A stretch of 60,526 nucleotides of DNA, filler included, from Platydemus manokwari (Eukaryota), in NCBI GenBank assembly GCA_037951405.1. It is 5 parts of 5 records of this genome, joined end to end, with 100 filler letters (N's around TTAATTAATTAA, not from the genome) between each part and the next. Parts side by side here need not be neighbours in the genome. Positions count along the whole stretch, not along the records: positions 1 to 9,804 come from JBBMOY011202544.1; positions 9,905 to 28,377 come from JBBMOY010388888.1; 3 more parts are not named here. One strand, written 5' to 3'. Made by a program: the position numbers and the translations under genes. The notes beneath the pieces are model-generated. The model was not told the origin of the DNA. It ran no database searches and worked only from the letters and a program-made list of their open reading frames with translations. Shown here piece after piece: positions 1-12,781 of this stretch. Numbering within the stretch: the first letter of the stretch is position 1; every line of letters begins with the position of its first letter.

Positions 1-294
1 TCAAGCTTGTATGATTATGTAGGTGTACCAATGTTTAAATTGCTAAAACAAGGGTTTCAAGGTACGAAATCGTTTTTGTTTTTCAGGATTTTGTCTTCAC
101 TCAACAATATAATTATTATTTGTTTTCTTTTTATTAGCATCATTACAGTTATTTTTTATAAATATCCACCAGATTTATACTTATTTATATTTTACTATTA
201 AATTCATAAAATAAATTAATGTAACATAAAAATCGTTATTCACATTGATAAATGTGATCATCAAATTACACTGTTAGTCAAAATTTAACGAAAT

Positions 295-809
295 TACCGT
301 AAATTACGTGTATTAAAACCCTCCTCATTTTTAGATAAAAAATTTTGGGAAAACCTAAATTACTTTATTAGTCATAGAAACCATGAAATTCGTCTTCACT
401 TTCAAACATATCTTCTGTTTCTGCGTGTTGATTAGCCAGTTTTGTAGCTTATTCTTCAATTTCATCATAATCTGTGTCTGAGGAGTCACTTTGGGCAAAG
501 ATAGCATCATCCTCAGAGCTTATTTTGGCAAATTTAACCACTTTTAGCTTGTATCTTTCAGTATAGGAATTTAGCCTTTCAGCCATTTTATGGGAATCAG
601 AAAATTACACACAAATTTGTTAGCTGTAATATCAATTTCTTGTGTAGCATCATAAAGCAGCTGAATAACGGCAGAAAATCAGCTAATATCATGCACTAAT
701 GATTGATCCAGCAAGCCAAGTTTCTGACTACACCTATTAAGAGCCCCCTGGATTTTAGACTGAATTTTTTTGCTAAAAAGGTAGGTCTTAATGCTCGTAA
801 TCTACGGTA
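295..809 (-). mobile_element. Internally deleted pogo-family DNA transposon (non-autonomous)
   Basis: TIR pair TACCGTAAATTACGTGTATTAAAACC (295-320) and reverse-complement TACCGTAGATTACGAGCATTAAGACC (784-809), 22/26 identical, with TA ends. The minus strand carries a pogo-like N-terminus (MAERLNSYTERYKLKVVKFAK) joined to an acidic C-tail (DMFESEDEFHGFYD). Confidence 0.75.
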
Positions 810-2149
810 TATGATTTATTTATAGTCACATTTGCATTGCATTGAATTGTATATTTGTAAATTGAGAATTTTTTGTAGCAAAATAGGCATTTTACAGAAT
901 GCTATTAAAACAATGATTGGAATAACTTAAGGCTAGACTGCGGTCCAAAAAATCTTTGAAAAAAATTTAAAGATTAAAAGATATGTGTTCATAGTTCAGT
1001 TTCTGGGCATTTTGAAAGAAGCAATACAGGCAGTAAGTAGTACCAATAATACTGAAGGTGAGAACCTACAAATTTTTTATCAATTTCTAATTCTTATTCA
1101 ATTAACTACCAATTTCTAATTATTATTCAACCAGTTCTAACCAAAATAAATAAATTAAAGAAAATTAGCTTCAATTCATCTTTTGCAATTCTCATTATCA
1201 ATCAATTCTCAATTCTCAGTTTTTAATCGCATCGACATTGTTCAAACAACTCAGCATCGAAATGCAAAATGGAAATGACATAGCCTTCAACATCATGTTT
1301 TTGACATTATGCTCTGTGCTTTTGCTGGGTGAGCATGGAGGCTGCGGCCAAGCAGAGAAAGAAGACATCTTGAGACTGAGGATTCAATCGATATGGTGAA
1401 TCAGTCAACATTATTAATCAAATGTATTGTTTGATATTGATATTTTGATATCCCTGATTTATTCTGTACCCTTGTTATCTTGAACATCTTTTAATGTAAA
1501 ATGTATTTCATGAAAATGAAAATTAATACTATGTGTGTGTCTGGTAGAAAGGAAAATAGTGATGAGGAAAATATTGTAAATTAAATAGATAATGATTTTG
1601 AAGATGATAAGGAAGAACATAATGAAATTATAATTAATGAAAATAATATCGAAAACAGTGAAATAATCAATAATAAAAAACAAAATTGTGATACTGCTGA
1701 TTTTGAAAATATATTAATTTGTTTCGAAAACGTTGAATCATTTTGATTGATGAATTATCTTAGAATACAAACAGTTATGTTTTTTTTTACTGAATAATTA
1801 AGAATTTTCCTCGCTCGTAGTCCCAGATATCGTTTTGATAAAATTCAAATTTTATTGTTTTCTCAATTTTCATTTAGTCAGTGAGAGATTTTTTTGTTCA
1901 GATTTTGGACAAAAGTTATGACAGATATCGGCTCTTTATATATGATATTCTTTATTGGGCACATTGTGCTATGTCATTCATATCAAAAATCAATTTAAAA
2001 TCAAATGTCAAATATCAGATTTTAGAAATCAAAAATGAAAAGAATATAAGCTAAAATTAAAAATAAAAGTTTTTCAATGACATATAATCAAAAAATAATC
2101 GAAATTCAGATACACATTGGGATTGGATTGAGTTTAAATTAAGTATGGG

Positions 2150-3070
2150 ATCTGGATTTGGATTTGGATTTCTTGAATTTATAAGGACATTCGAAGCTCG
2201 ATTCTTTTCACCTTTTATATCTTTCTTTTCCAATTCTCTTCAGTCCAGATTTTCAATTATCTGCTCGACCATCATTTCTTTAACTTACCCAGTGGCCACT
2301 GGATGTTAAAAAGTGCATAAAAATTTCGAAAGCATTCAGTGAACTTTTGGCATGCAATGACAGGTAAGAGAAAAGTAAGAAAACAGTTATCATAATCGAG
2401 AAAATTAGTAGTTGATATCTATTCGACAGATTCACGGTAAAACAGTTATCTGGGCATAGAATAAATCCTAAAGATAAAAGCTCAACACAAGAAAGCCGAT
2501 AACAAATTGTGCATGAACATTATCATTTACCTTCTTGGTTATCTTGTTTAATACAAAATAATCTCATAATGCATTCATTCATTGAATAACTGAAAAAGTA
2601 AAAATATAATATCTGTAAATTGTTTATTCCTTTTTTACAAATTTTTGTCCTTAATTATGAATTTTTTATAATGAATTGATCAGTTCGATTTTTTAGTAAA
2701 ACCTATTTGTTTTTGAGTGTGCAACTTAACCAACGATGGGAACAACCTTCAAATGACTGACACTCACAAACATAATAGATACATGTGCCTGCAGTCATTT
2801 AAAATTATCAATTCTTAATTGGATTTTGATAATTAATGTTAGCACGTCAACACTAATCAACAAAGATAGAGATTCACCAACAGTATGAGAGTTAGAAAGA
2901 AATTTTTCAATAGGCTAGTCTTCAGATAATTTTAAAAAAGAAAAGCAGAGCAGCAAAACACCAAGTCTTTGAAAGGAGTTGATTCTTGATGACAACTGCC
3001 AGTCTTTTATAGTCGGTAAACTCAGTCATTGTTTTTATCTCTTATTCTGATTTGAAATTTGCTTCTTGGA
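2150..3070 (-). mobile_element. Degenerate L1/Tx1-like LINE ORF2 fragment
   Basis: Minus-strand peptide RLAVVIKNQLLSKTWCF resembles the post-RT 'GR.LVIN.LLLSK.WY' segment of L1-Tx1 ORF2; the rest is heavily decayed. Confidence 0.3.
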
Positions 3071-3880
3071 GTATTTTGTATTGGCAATTTTATTGAATTT
3101 GAAGATATTGTTATTTTGAAAATAATATTCTTCTGACATTCAGTTTTAATATTTATCATCACAGAATTTATAAATAATCAAAAAGATAAATGAATGGGGC
3201 AATGAAAAATAAAAATCATTTATAGTATAACAGAAGGTATGTAGAAAATATGTTTAAATTGTATTTATATTATTGGGTTATCAATCAACAATTGAGTTCC
3301 GAAAATTTTTATTAACTAAAAAATTACACTCAAGGTCTCAACAGCAACAGTTAATCTTTACGCGATTCGCAAAGAAAATCATTCAAGACGGCACCAACGC
3401 CCGAAAGTCATAAACAGAATGAAGAGTAATCAAACAGACTGATTACTTAAATCACACATAAGCTAAGTACTGAAGTTACCGACCAAAGAAATGGCCATTG
3501 TTGTCAAAAATGGGATATTTTTATAATATTCTTACACACATTATTACATTGATTAATTTAAACGAATTGTTCTGGAATATTCTATAAATTTTTATTTTTT
3601 GGTTTAAGCAAATGATTAATGATTTTCTTTGAGAATATTTCAAAGTATATATATTTAGAATTTTTTAATTATTTCTAAAGGTCATCCTTTACCAATAATA
3701 ATGTTTTGTTTGATAACAGCAGAAATTAAAATAAAAATGAATAAAATAGGAGGTTAAAATTAATACAAAAATATTTGTCACTAAGTATGTTCAGTTTTGA
3801 AGTTAAACTTTGTGTATTTGTTAATAATCGCGAGAACAAAACATTCAATCATGTTTCGTGAGTAAAAGGAAATGCAATTA

Positions 3881-4290
3881 ATGTCAAAAAAGAAAAGTTA
3901 GATGAAAACAAAGAAAAATTGCAAGAATTACAACTAAATATCAAACATTTGCATATTTTATAAACTAATTTATTTGTGACATTTTTGAATTGATATTTAC
4001 TGAAAGTAGCTGGGAAATTGGATTTATTAGAGCTGAAAAAAGACCATGCATTGCAAATAGGAGACAAAGTTTCTTCTATGATCAAATTTTGAGATTCGTG
4101 CCAGAATCAAAATATACAAACTTAAGAAAAACAGCCTAACAATTAATTTCGATTTTTGTTTGCATTATATTGCTGTGAATCTTTGTTCTCTACAATGAAA
4201 TTCGTGAAGTCTCAACAAAAGCTCATTAACGAATTGTCAACATTTTACAGAATTTCTGAAACTGCTTTAACTAATTTTACACTAAATTTT
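3881..4290 (+). mobile_element. hAT (Charlie/Buster-type) transposase remnant
   Basis: C-terminal dimerisation-like motif CCESLFSTMKFVKSQ near 4170-4215, preceded by VPESKYTNLRKTA; a basic start at 3881; stops and frameshifts present. Confidence 0.6.
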
Positions 4291-6229
4291 AAAATTTTTA
4301 CCAACGATTGTCATTAGATGTTTACTTTTTATTAAGAATATTATATTTGAATTTAATTACTGAAATTTTTCATTTCAAAATTTTTTAATTTGATCCTATA
4401 TAAAATTCGTGAAAATATTTAACCACTTTAAATATAAAATTTTAAATTTTTGAATCTATATAATGTTCCTTTAAAAACAGAGCGGCTTTCTACAGTACCT
4501 TGTGTGACCACTCATGTCTTATTGAAGTAAAAATAATAAAATCTGTAAAATTAATTAACTAATCAACCAAAGTGCACATTTCTAATATAATAAATATAAT
4601 AAAAACTCAAAAGTAAAAAATTTAAATTCACTTTTATAATATTGTCTTTTCTGACTTGATAAATTAAATTATAATTCTGTATGAACCTATTTTATAAAAT
4701 TTTAAAAATGCAGCATCATTTCCTTGAAAATTATTCAATCGTTATCATTAAGTTTCTTTTTTATTAAATTATTCAGAAGCCAATTCGCCCTTCTGCCAAT
4801 TGCCCGTAGGATTAATTTGATTTGGATAATAAAGTTAATATGAAGTTAATATGAAACAAAATGTACTTCTTGAATATATATATACATATTTATATTTAAT
4901 ATTAAAAATTATTATCATTATATAAAATATTTACCCCTTGTTTATTAAACATAATACTATATTACTATAAAGTAATAATAACAGAAGATAGTAGTAAATT
5001 CAATTTTATTAACTAAGTTATGTGGCTATAAAAACAAAAGAATGCAATTTTTGTAAACAAATGTAAATTGCAAAAAATTAAAACAAAAATGTAAAATTTA
5101 AATATTATTTCTATAATCATACATTTTTAGCCTTTTTGGTTCTTGTATATTTATTGCTTCTTTTTGTTCATTCTTGATATTTTCATTTTTGTTGATCAAT
5201 TAGCTATACTCATATTTGATCATACTAAGGTATCACAATTCTCAATTCATTTACTAGCACTTCTTTGCATGGAGCTATTAATCTTATTTTGTCCAATTAA
5301 TTTTCTGTGCATATATTTTAGTTATTGATTTTCTTCAAATTTAATGAACACTATATACCTTTATATTGATCTTTCATCCTCGCTCCATAAAAGATTATTT
5401 CTAATAAGGCTTGCTTTTCCTTCTGTAAGGGTGAACCAAAAAAAATATGGAAAATAATAATGAGAAAATATAAAATATTAAATATAATGAGAAAAATAAA
5501 CTGCTGTTATACTGAGAAAGCAAAACAGAAGAACAAATATCTATGACCGTAAAACCCTGCTAGCAATGAAAAAGGGATGCCTAAATACAAAATGTAAAAT
5601 ATGGGACAACAACAAATAATGAAATTTAGGTTCATGGGAGTTAGAACAATGGGATAAGTTAAAGAAATTATAGGAATGACTGAAAGAGATAAGAAGTAGA
5701 TCGAGCAAAGAATTGAAAATCTGGAAAGAAAATAATTTCTAGAGGCAGTTATGAAAAGATGAAAAGAACCAATCCAAGAGTTTATTACTGATTTTCTACT
5801 ATTTGTTGATGTGACTGAAACTTTTAAATCTTATTAGAATTGATATTTATTTGATGTTTTATATGTTATTATTATTTTATGATTCTGTATAATTTTTAGA
5901 TAACCACTATAATATATTTATATATAAAGGGATTAATAAAAATGGTATTATATTTACATTTATAATAGGATGCAAAAAATACTCAATCAAACATATCATA
6001 TAATATTATCATAATTTTCACCCGAAGCTCTAACTAAAAATAAATATATTATTGGATCAATAAATTAGGAAAGAAGTTGTAGACCGAAACATATTAAAAT
6101 TTCAAAACAACGAAAGGTTCTATCACTTTAAATCATAGTCACCTGATTGATTTTTTAATATTTAGTTATTTGATACTGTTTTTGAATATACACTTAATAT
6201 AATTGTCACCAACGACTAAGCTGTGAAAA

Positions 6230-7640
6230 TTAATGCCATTACTAGGAACCAATGTCGCAAAATGTTACTGGAGTCGCTGAATAAGAAGAAACGCGAGAAC
6301 CTGAATTTTAATGTTCGAAAATATTACGGGTAAGACCTGAAAAAAGCTGCACGATGATATCCTAGATTTGGAAGACTGGTTATTAACTCATTATCTTGAC
6401 ATCATAAGCTTTTTGACCCATTATTATTGGAGGAAGCTGGGATCTAATGAAATATTTTCAATAATAAAGTAACTAAAGAATAAGACACGAGACGGTGGTT
6501 CATGGACACATTTTACAATAGGAAGTCGATTAACGACTTAATTGTTATATTGGTAAGAGCCCAAACACAGTGGTAATTCGCTATATTCGATATTCGAGGT
6601 TGAAACTGGTAGAATTTGTTCTTAATTTGGGTTTTATGTGTGAAACGATTATTGAGAACATTGTTTATAATGAGCGTGAGATACATGTTTAAATTAAGCT
6701 TTTGACAGAGTCAGAGATTAAAATGTCCAAAATTTAATCCCTTCCTAATGTCTACAGAAGTAGAAAAGTATCTCAACAAGTATCTGCAGTTGGAAACATA
6801 AATTGGATACGATCAATGAAACGAATTGACAGAAAACCATACAATGAAAGATGCGATTTGTCTGATCTGAAAGACGGAAGATTTCCATTCTGGCATGGAT
6901 TCTGGTGTGACCAGGTTGTTCATTTTAGATGTAAGTGTGCATTTAGAAACAAGAAGTCGTCTATTCCTTAATTGTTACATATCGCACAGTCCTATACATC
7001 CATGTTCAAATTGAAAGCCAATGTGACGGTGATGATTAATACATAATGCACCAAATAAATAATCAACAAATCAAGATCATCTCATTACTTACATTTTATC
7101 AGTAAAGTTGGATTAATAAGAATCGAAATGTACAGAAAAGTAAGAATAAAGAATGATAATAGAACGTGGCGTTAGTTTATAATGTCGGAATAGAGATGCT
7201 GTATGAATAATGTTCTTCAATTAACCCTATAAATGTGGTGTGTTGTAAGGAAATTGGAAACCCCAGAATAAATGATCCTGAATGATATATTTTACACAAA
7301 CGGAAAACAATGAATAAGTTGGGCCGAAATAACAAATTTTTTGAGGAATGATGAAAATAGCATTAACATTATCAGTGTTAAACTTATTTAACTTTCATAT
7401 AATAGATGAATAGATATGATAAATATATTGGAAATTCGAATAACAAAAATCAACAAAATCGGTTCGTCATGCCAAACATCAGAATTTTAAAATTACTACA
7501 GAAAATACATAAAAGGCTATGCACTGATAATATCACATCTGTCCTCCGTAATATCCCAAAATGATACAGCTTAACAATGGGCTAAAGGATATATAAAGAG
7601 TTTCATGAAATTGAAGACAGCTTTGTGTGAAGCCACTCAA
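6230..7640 (+). mobile_element. Decayed Gypsy LTR-retrotransposon gag-pro-pol fragment
   Basis: Degenerate zinc knuckle FWCDQVVHFRCKC (~6900-6940), degenerate aspartic protease site MINT*CTK (~7032-7055), and RT connection/RNaseH-start motifs KYIKGYALIISHL and SFMKLKTALCEA (7500-7635). Confidence 0.55.
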
Positions 7641-7729
7641 TTTTTTGAATTTTTGGCTGTCCCTGGAAATCAAGAAGAACTTGATGTGGGCTTAAAAATT
7701 TCAAAATTCTGTGAGGACATTTATAATGA

Positions 7730-9729
7730 TCTCCGTTATTCTTAATCTTGTGTGGTTCTTTCTTCACTAAAACTTTTTCTCCAACCTTGAAAATTCTATA
7801 ACCTCTTTTTTGAGCATCGAATTTCTTTACGTTTGTGGCTACTGATTTTAGCTAGTTTTCCGTTTCTTTGATGATCTAGTCGTGATGGCTTAATTCATTT
7901 AGTTGTAACCCATGCCTATTAATTCTTCGTTCAAACAATATTTCAAAAGGAGAATGTTTAATTGAGCTCTAATATGTTGCATTGATGATAAATTCTATGA
8001 GGTATTAATTTAACCCAAGACAGTTTCCCTGATGCTAGTCTAGTTACTACCATGTCTAGGACTGTCATATTCATCCTTTCGGCTTAGCCATTGGCCAGGT
8101 GTTGGTATTGGGAGGTAAATTATTGTTTTATTCCAAAACGTATCGCTAATTCCTTCATTTTCATTCCCTCAAAGACTCTACCCCAATCAGTGAACATCAT
8201 TTTTGGAGCACCATACTTATAGATCCAATTATAAATGATAGAATCGGAAATAATTATCTCGTTTTGTCGAATAAGTGGTACTAAGGTTACTAACTTACTG
8301 AATCTATCTACAATAACAAACAGATATTTGATTTTAGTCATAAATTCCCTAAAGAACGTAACATCAAAAACAAAAACTTTTCCCTTGGAATCATAACTTC
8401 TTTAGTCCGTCCGGTGTACACCATCCGTTTATCAAGATTATCACAATTCCGTACTTTGTGTTCGATGCTTCGTGTCATATTAGGCTAGAAGTAATCTATT
8501 GAATTTAATCGACCAATTTCTTGTTATCGATATGGCACAACTCCTCATGAAGGTATCTCATAAGTTTCTGTGAAGGAACCTCTGGCACAACAACTCGCTT
8601 CTTTCCATTCTCATAATACAACACCATATCTTCAAACAATTCATATTTCTCTAAACTGTTAAATATTTGCCTTTCTTGACTACCCATTTGACGCCCATTT
8701 CCATTTTCTTTAACCACTTTAGAAGTGAACCAATAACAGTTTATTTTTGTTGAATCTTTCTTAGTTCGTCATTATTTGCAATTGAATGCTCGAGAACATT
8801 AATAAACCGACTTTTTGGTTTGCCTTCTTTAGCACCTCGATACTGAGTTAAGCACTGTGAACAGAATGCTTCGTCTATCTTTGAGAATCCATCTCATTTC
8901 CATGATCTGACCCCTTCCGATATTGAAGTTCGAAATTGAATCCGGTTAAGTTTGCAAACCATGTTTGAAACTGAGGGCTTATCTGTTTCTTAGTTTTCTT
9001 CATGCATGTCAAGGATTTGTGATCAGTGTGAGTCACAAATACCTTTACCACATTTAATATTTAAAATACATAGTGAACTCGTGAATTGACAAAAGCTCCT
9101 TTTCCGTGTGGCAAAAACTGTTAAGACTGTTAAGAGTTCTAGAAGCATAGGCTACTAATCTCTCATTTCCAGTGTCATCCAACTAACCCAGAACACCACC
9201 AATCGCTTCGAAACCAGTGTTGGTATCTAAAATCATCTCTTTGTTTGGATCCGGAAATGTACATAATCGGAGATGTACATAATTGTTTCTTTAGGTTTTC
9301 AAAGCTTTCCAGTCATCATGGCATATAACAAAGCAGTATTTAATGAGCAGTCTTTGATAAATTGTCTGTAATAATTACATAATACTAGGAACGACCCCAA
9401 CTGAACTAAACAACCTGGTTTAATTGCCTCCTTAATCTTCTTTACTTTATCGTTATTAGATTCTATACCTTCTATACTAAACGTATGACTCAGGAACTTC
9501 AATTTTATGGTTCAAAAAGCACATTATTCAGGATTGATTTTCAAACCTGATGACTTAATCAATCTGAATACCTTGTACAGTTACTCATTGTGTTCCTCTA
9601 CTGTTCTTTCACACACTAAAATATCGTCCAAATAAACAAGAACGCCTTTGTAAATCAATCCCTTGAATATCGTAATCATTAGACTCGAAAATGTTGCTGA
9701 TGCGGTACACAATCCAAAATGTAATCTTT
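7730..9729 (-). mobile_element. Decayed Gypsy/Ty3 pol (RT-RNaseH-integrase)
   Basis: RT VYLDDIL (~9620-9640), FLSHTFSIEGI and SFLVLCNYYRQFIKDCS; RNaseH VAYASRTL and THTDHKSL; integrase LHEELCH and YLFVIVDRFSK...YGAPKMMFTDWG. Domain order is RT-RH-INT, with many stops and frameshifts. Confidence 0.9.
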
Positions 9730-9981
9730 TATTAGGCTGAGTCAAAAGTTATTCATGTTTTTTAGTTGTTTAAAGTTTTTGTTTTACCAAATCATTTAAA
9801 CATANNNNNNNNNNNNNNNNNNNNNNNNNNNNNNNNNNNNNNNNNNNNTTAATTAATTAANNNNNNNNNNNNNNNNNNNNNNNNNNNNNNNNNNNNNNNN
9901 NNNNAACTTATTTTTTAAGCGAGTTATAGTCTTTTAAAGTTGCTGTTAGATAACGGCCATTATTTTTGCACCAACCTAATA
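9730..9981. mobile_element. Mariner-type element ends flanking an assembly gap
   Basis: TATTAGGCTGAGTCAAAAG at 9730 and TTTTGCACCAACCTAATA ending at 9981 (reverse complement of the mariner TIR TATTAGGTTGGTGCAAAA). It cuts the Gypsy RT; the interior is lost in the N-gap. Confidence 0.55.
9805..9904. other. Assembly gap with artificial TTAATTAATTAA spacer (also 28378-28477, 38615-38714, 49295-49394; plain gap 53887-54141)
   Basis: The same 100-nt block of Ns around TTAATTAATTAA occurs four times. Confidence 0.97.
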
Positions 9982-12781
9982 CTTTAAAATACACATATTG
10001 AAAAAACGAACTGAAAAGTCAAAATTATACAAAATGAAATCTTAAATTTTTTATTCAATTTTGTGATTTACGTCGTTGATGTAAATATGAGATTTAAACT
10101 GGTAAGAAAACATCACAATACACATACGAATATTTAATAAATTTCATTAAACCCACGCATCATAAAAAGACCAGAACTAGTTTCATTGCATCAAATATTT
10201 CGAATTTCCATTCATTTATACTGATATACAGCTGAATATAGTAAAAGTGATACAAAAGGAACACAAAAAATAGATATAGTTGATGAATATTTACAGGAAT
10301 TTGTTTATTTGTTAATAACTCATAAATATATTTCTTGTATTACTGTCTTTTAGTAAATAAATTCTCTTCAACAACCTACTCAAAAAATTGTTATGGTTTG
10401 AAATTCATCAACTGTTTATTTAAACACGCAGTATTTCAATCTAAAGAATTATTTAAAGAATTCTATGAAATTGTTGTCTCATGAATTCCATCCATCAATT
10501 ATTCACGATCAACGACGCTCAATTTATTAATTGGATCTATGGAAACGCTAAAAACAATCTTATCCATATTTAATTATCCTTTCATTTTATTAGCATTATA
10601 ATATGAATTTGAAATTTGTTTTTTTAATTTGCTATATTATTTGTATATGTTTATGAATTTATAATTGAATTAATTCGTGATCTTCATAATCAATTTCATT
10701 TTTGTTTAAATAATGTTGATGATTTGATTGATTTTCATGTATAAAATGATGAAAACATGATATTAGCGATGTGTATAACTTCTTGTGACAATGTTTATAT
10801 TATCAACATGAGAATGATTTTAATATATTAATTTTTTATATTTTTATATTATTTTAAATATTTTAATATTATTTTTGTAGGTGATAATATTGTAAGGTGT
10901 CAAAGGTTTTAGAAATGATCGATGTCTGAAGGCAATGTAAATAAATAATGTACGAGATTTGAATTATAAATAAATAAATAAATACAATATATATTTCTTC
11001 GGGAATAAAATAATGAATGATAAACACAACAAAAATTCAATAACAATAATCAATAATAATCAACAGATATTGTTTACTAAATATTTTTCAACAAATAACG
11101 AAGAATTTTTTTCATTAATTAGATTATTTAATCGCCCGCTATTGTTTTCTTAAAAGTTTATATGATCCTCGAGCGGAGAGCAGCAAGGTCCTTGATTTAT
11201 TATTGATAGTTGTGACCTAATAGTCTGGCAACTATAAGGATAATTTAATATTATTTATATATTTAAGTTTAAAAATTAATTAGATCGCATTTGGGCTGGA
11301 CCCAAGACAGGATTATTAATAATGATGAGTTTTATAAAATTTATAAAATAATTTTATTTGTGAAAAATAATCGATCGGTTCCTCGTCTTTTTTGTTTTTG
11401 TGGTGCTTCTTCATTGGGTGTCAGGCTCTTTTATAATCGAAATGTCTCACGGCAATTCCAATGTGTGAATTTCTCATTAATTCCGATTTATGCTAATCAC
11501 TCTCTTTTTCAGTACAATTAACTACTATACTATTAATTAATTAAATTATAACGCTATTTATACATTTGATAATGATTTTGATAAATTTTGAAAAAAAAAC
11601 GTATATTTTAATATTATTATTTTAGGGTATTTCTGTACCCAGCAATATTTATGGAGCTTATTATGTCAATATTGTAATATGAATGAAAATAATTCATTAA
11701 TAAATATGTTATCAAAATCAATGTGGTGAAATATGAATTTTCTTTGGATTGAATAAAGAATAGTAAATAAATTATTAATAGTATGTTATAGTTTTTATAT
11801 AAACTAATCTGTTATAATATAAACTAATATAATATTTATGGTTATTATATGCTTATCATGATACTTATAATAATAATAATCTTATTATTATTTTCTTAGT
11901 ATCTCTGGTGGTTTTATTAAATGTCATTTGTAATATTATCCTGTTTATTAATAATGACTTTGTTTTTATTTTTAGAAGTATATCTAGCGAATAAATAACT
12001 CAAAATCAAAAACAAGAGTTCAGCACTAATTAAAAACTATTTTATCAATCGCAACATCAAATTGAATTCATTCAAAATGACCTTGACAATTAAAGTTATA
12101 AGCGTTGTTTTGTTTGGATTGAATCAAGACTTACACTTAATCTAGTGTAGTGTATCATCGATTCTCGAGAAGTTATTTTCAGGAGCACATATTTCTGTTT
12201 GATATTTATGTACATGTATATTTCTTAGAGCCCTTAACACTTGAGGTTTTCAATAACAAAGATTTTTTATTAATATACCGTTAGTACAGTTTTATTAATA
12301 TCGCACTCTTTACTACCCGATGTATACCCAAATTTAAAAAATAACAATACCAATTCACGTGGACATAACAACATTACACAAACGTTTGGGCAATATAGAG
12401 CTTCATGATCTAATCGTTTTAAATCTAAGCTGTCGACTCTCGGTCGATTATTCATTTTGGCAAATTACAAGAATAACCAATCAATTCTGGAATTATCAGA
12501 TAATTGATGAAATTGAATTTATTTCGCCAGACTGTTACTGAAATAGTTTTATCTAAATTTATTTTATCATATTTTTGGTAATTTGATAAATTTAAATTTA
12601 ATATATTATCCATATAGTATTTATTATGATTTTGGTAAATAAATACTTTAATAGTTGGATAAATACAATAAAATAGGAAATTATCTTTACTACGATTATC
12701 ATTATTATTACTATTGTGTTATTATATAGAATTTGTGTTCAGGTAAATAATAACTAAAATAAATATATTAAATAATCAAAC

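Noticed and set aside
9849-9860. Palindromic TTAATTAATTAA repeated at four loci
   Set aside because: Always centred in identical N blocks; it is an all-frame-stop scaffolding spacer. It also means adjacency across the gaps is not guaranteed.
10320-12545. Possible missing C-terminal kinase exons or another gene (ORFs 11291-11521, 12270-12455, 12359-12541)
   Set aside because: No LAMMER or subdomain XI motif, and I could not build a consistent splice chain.
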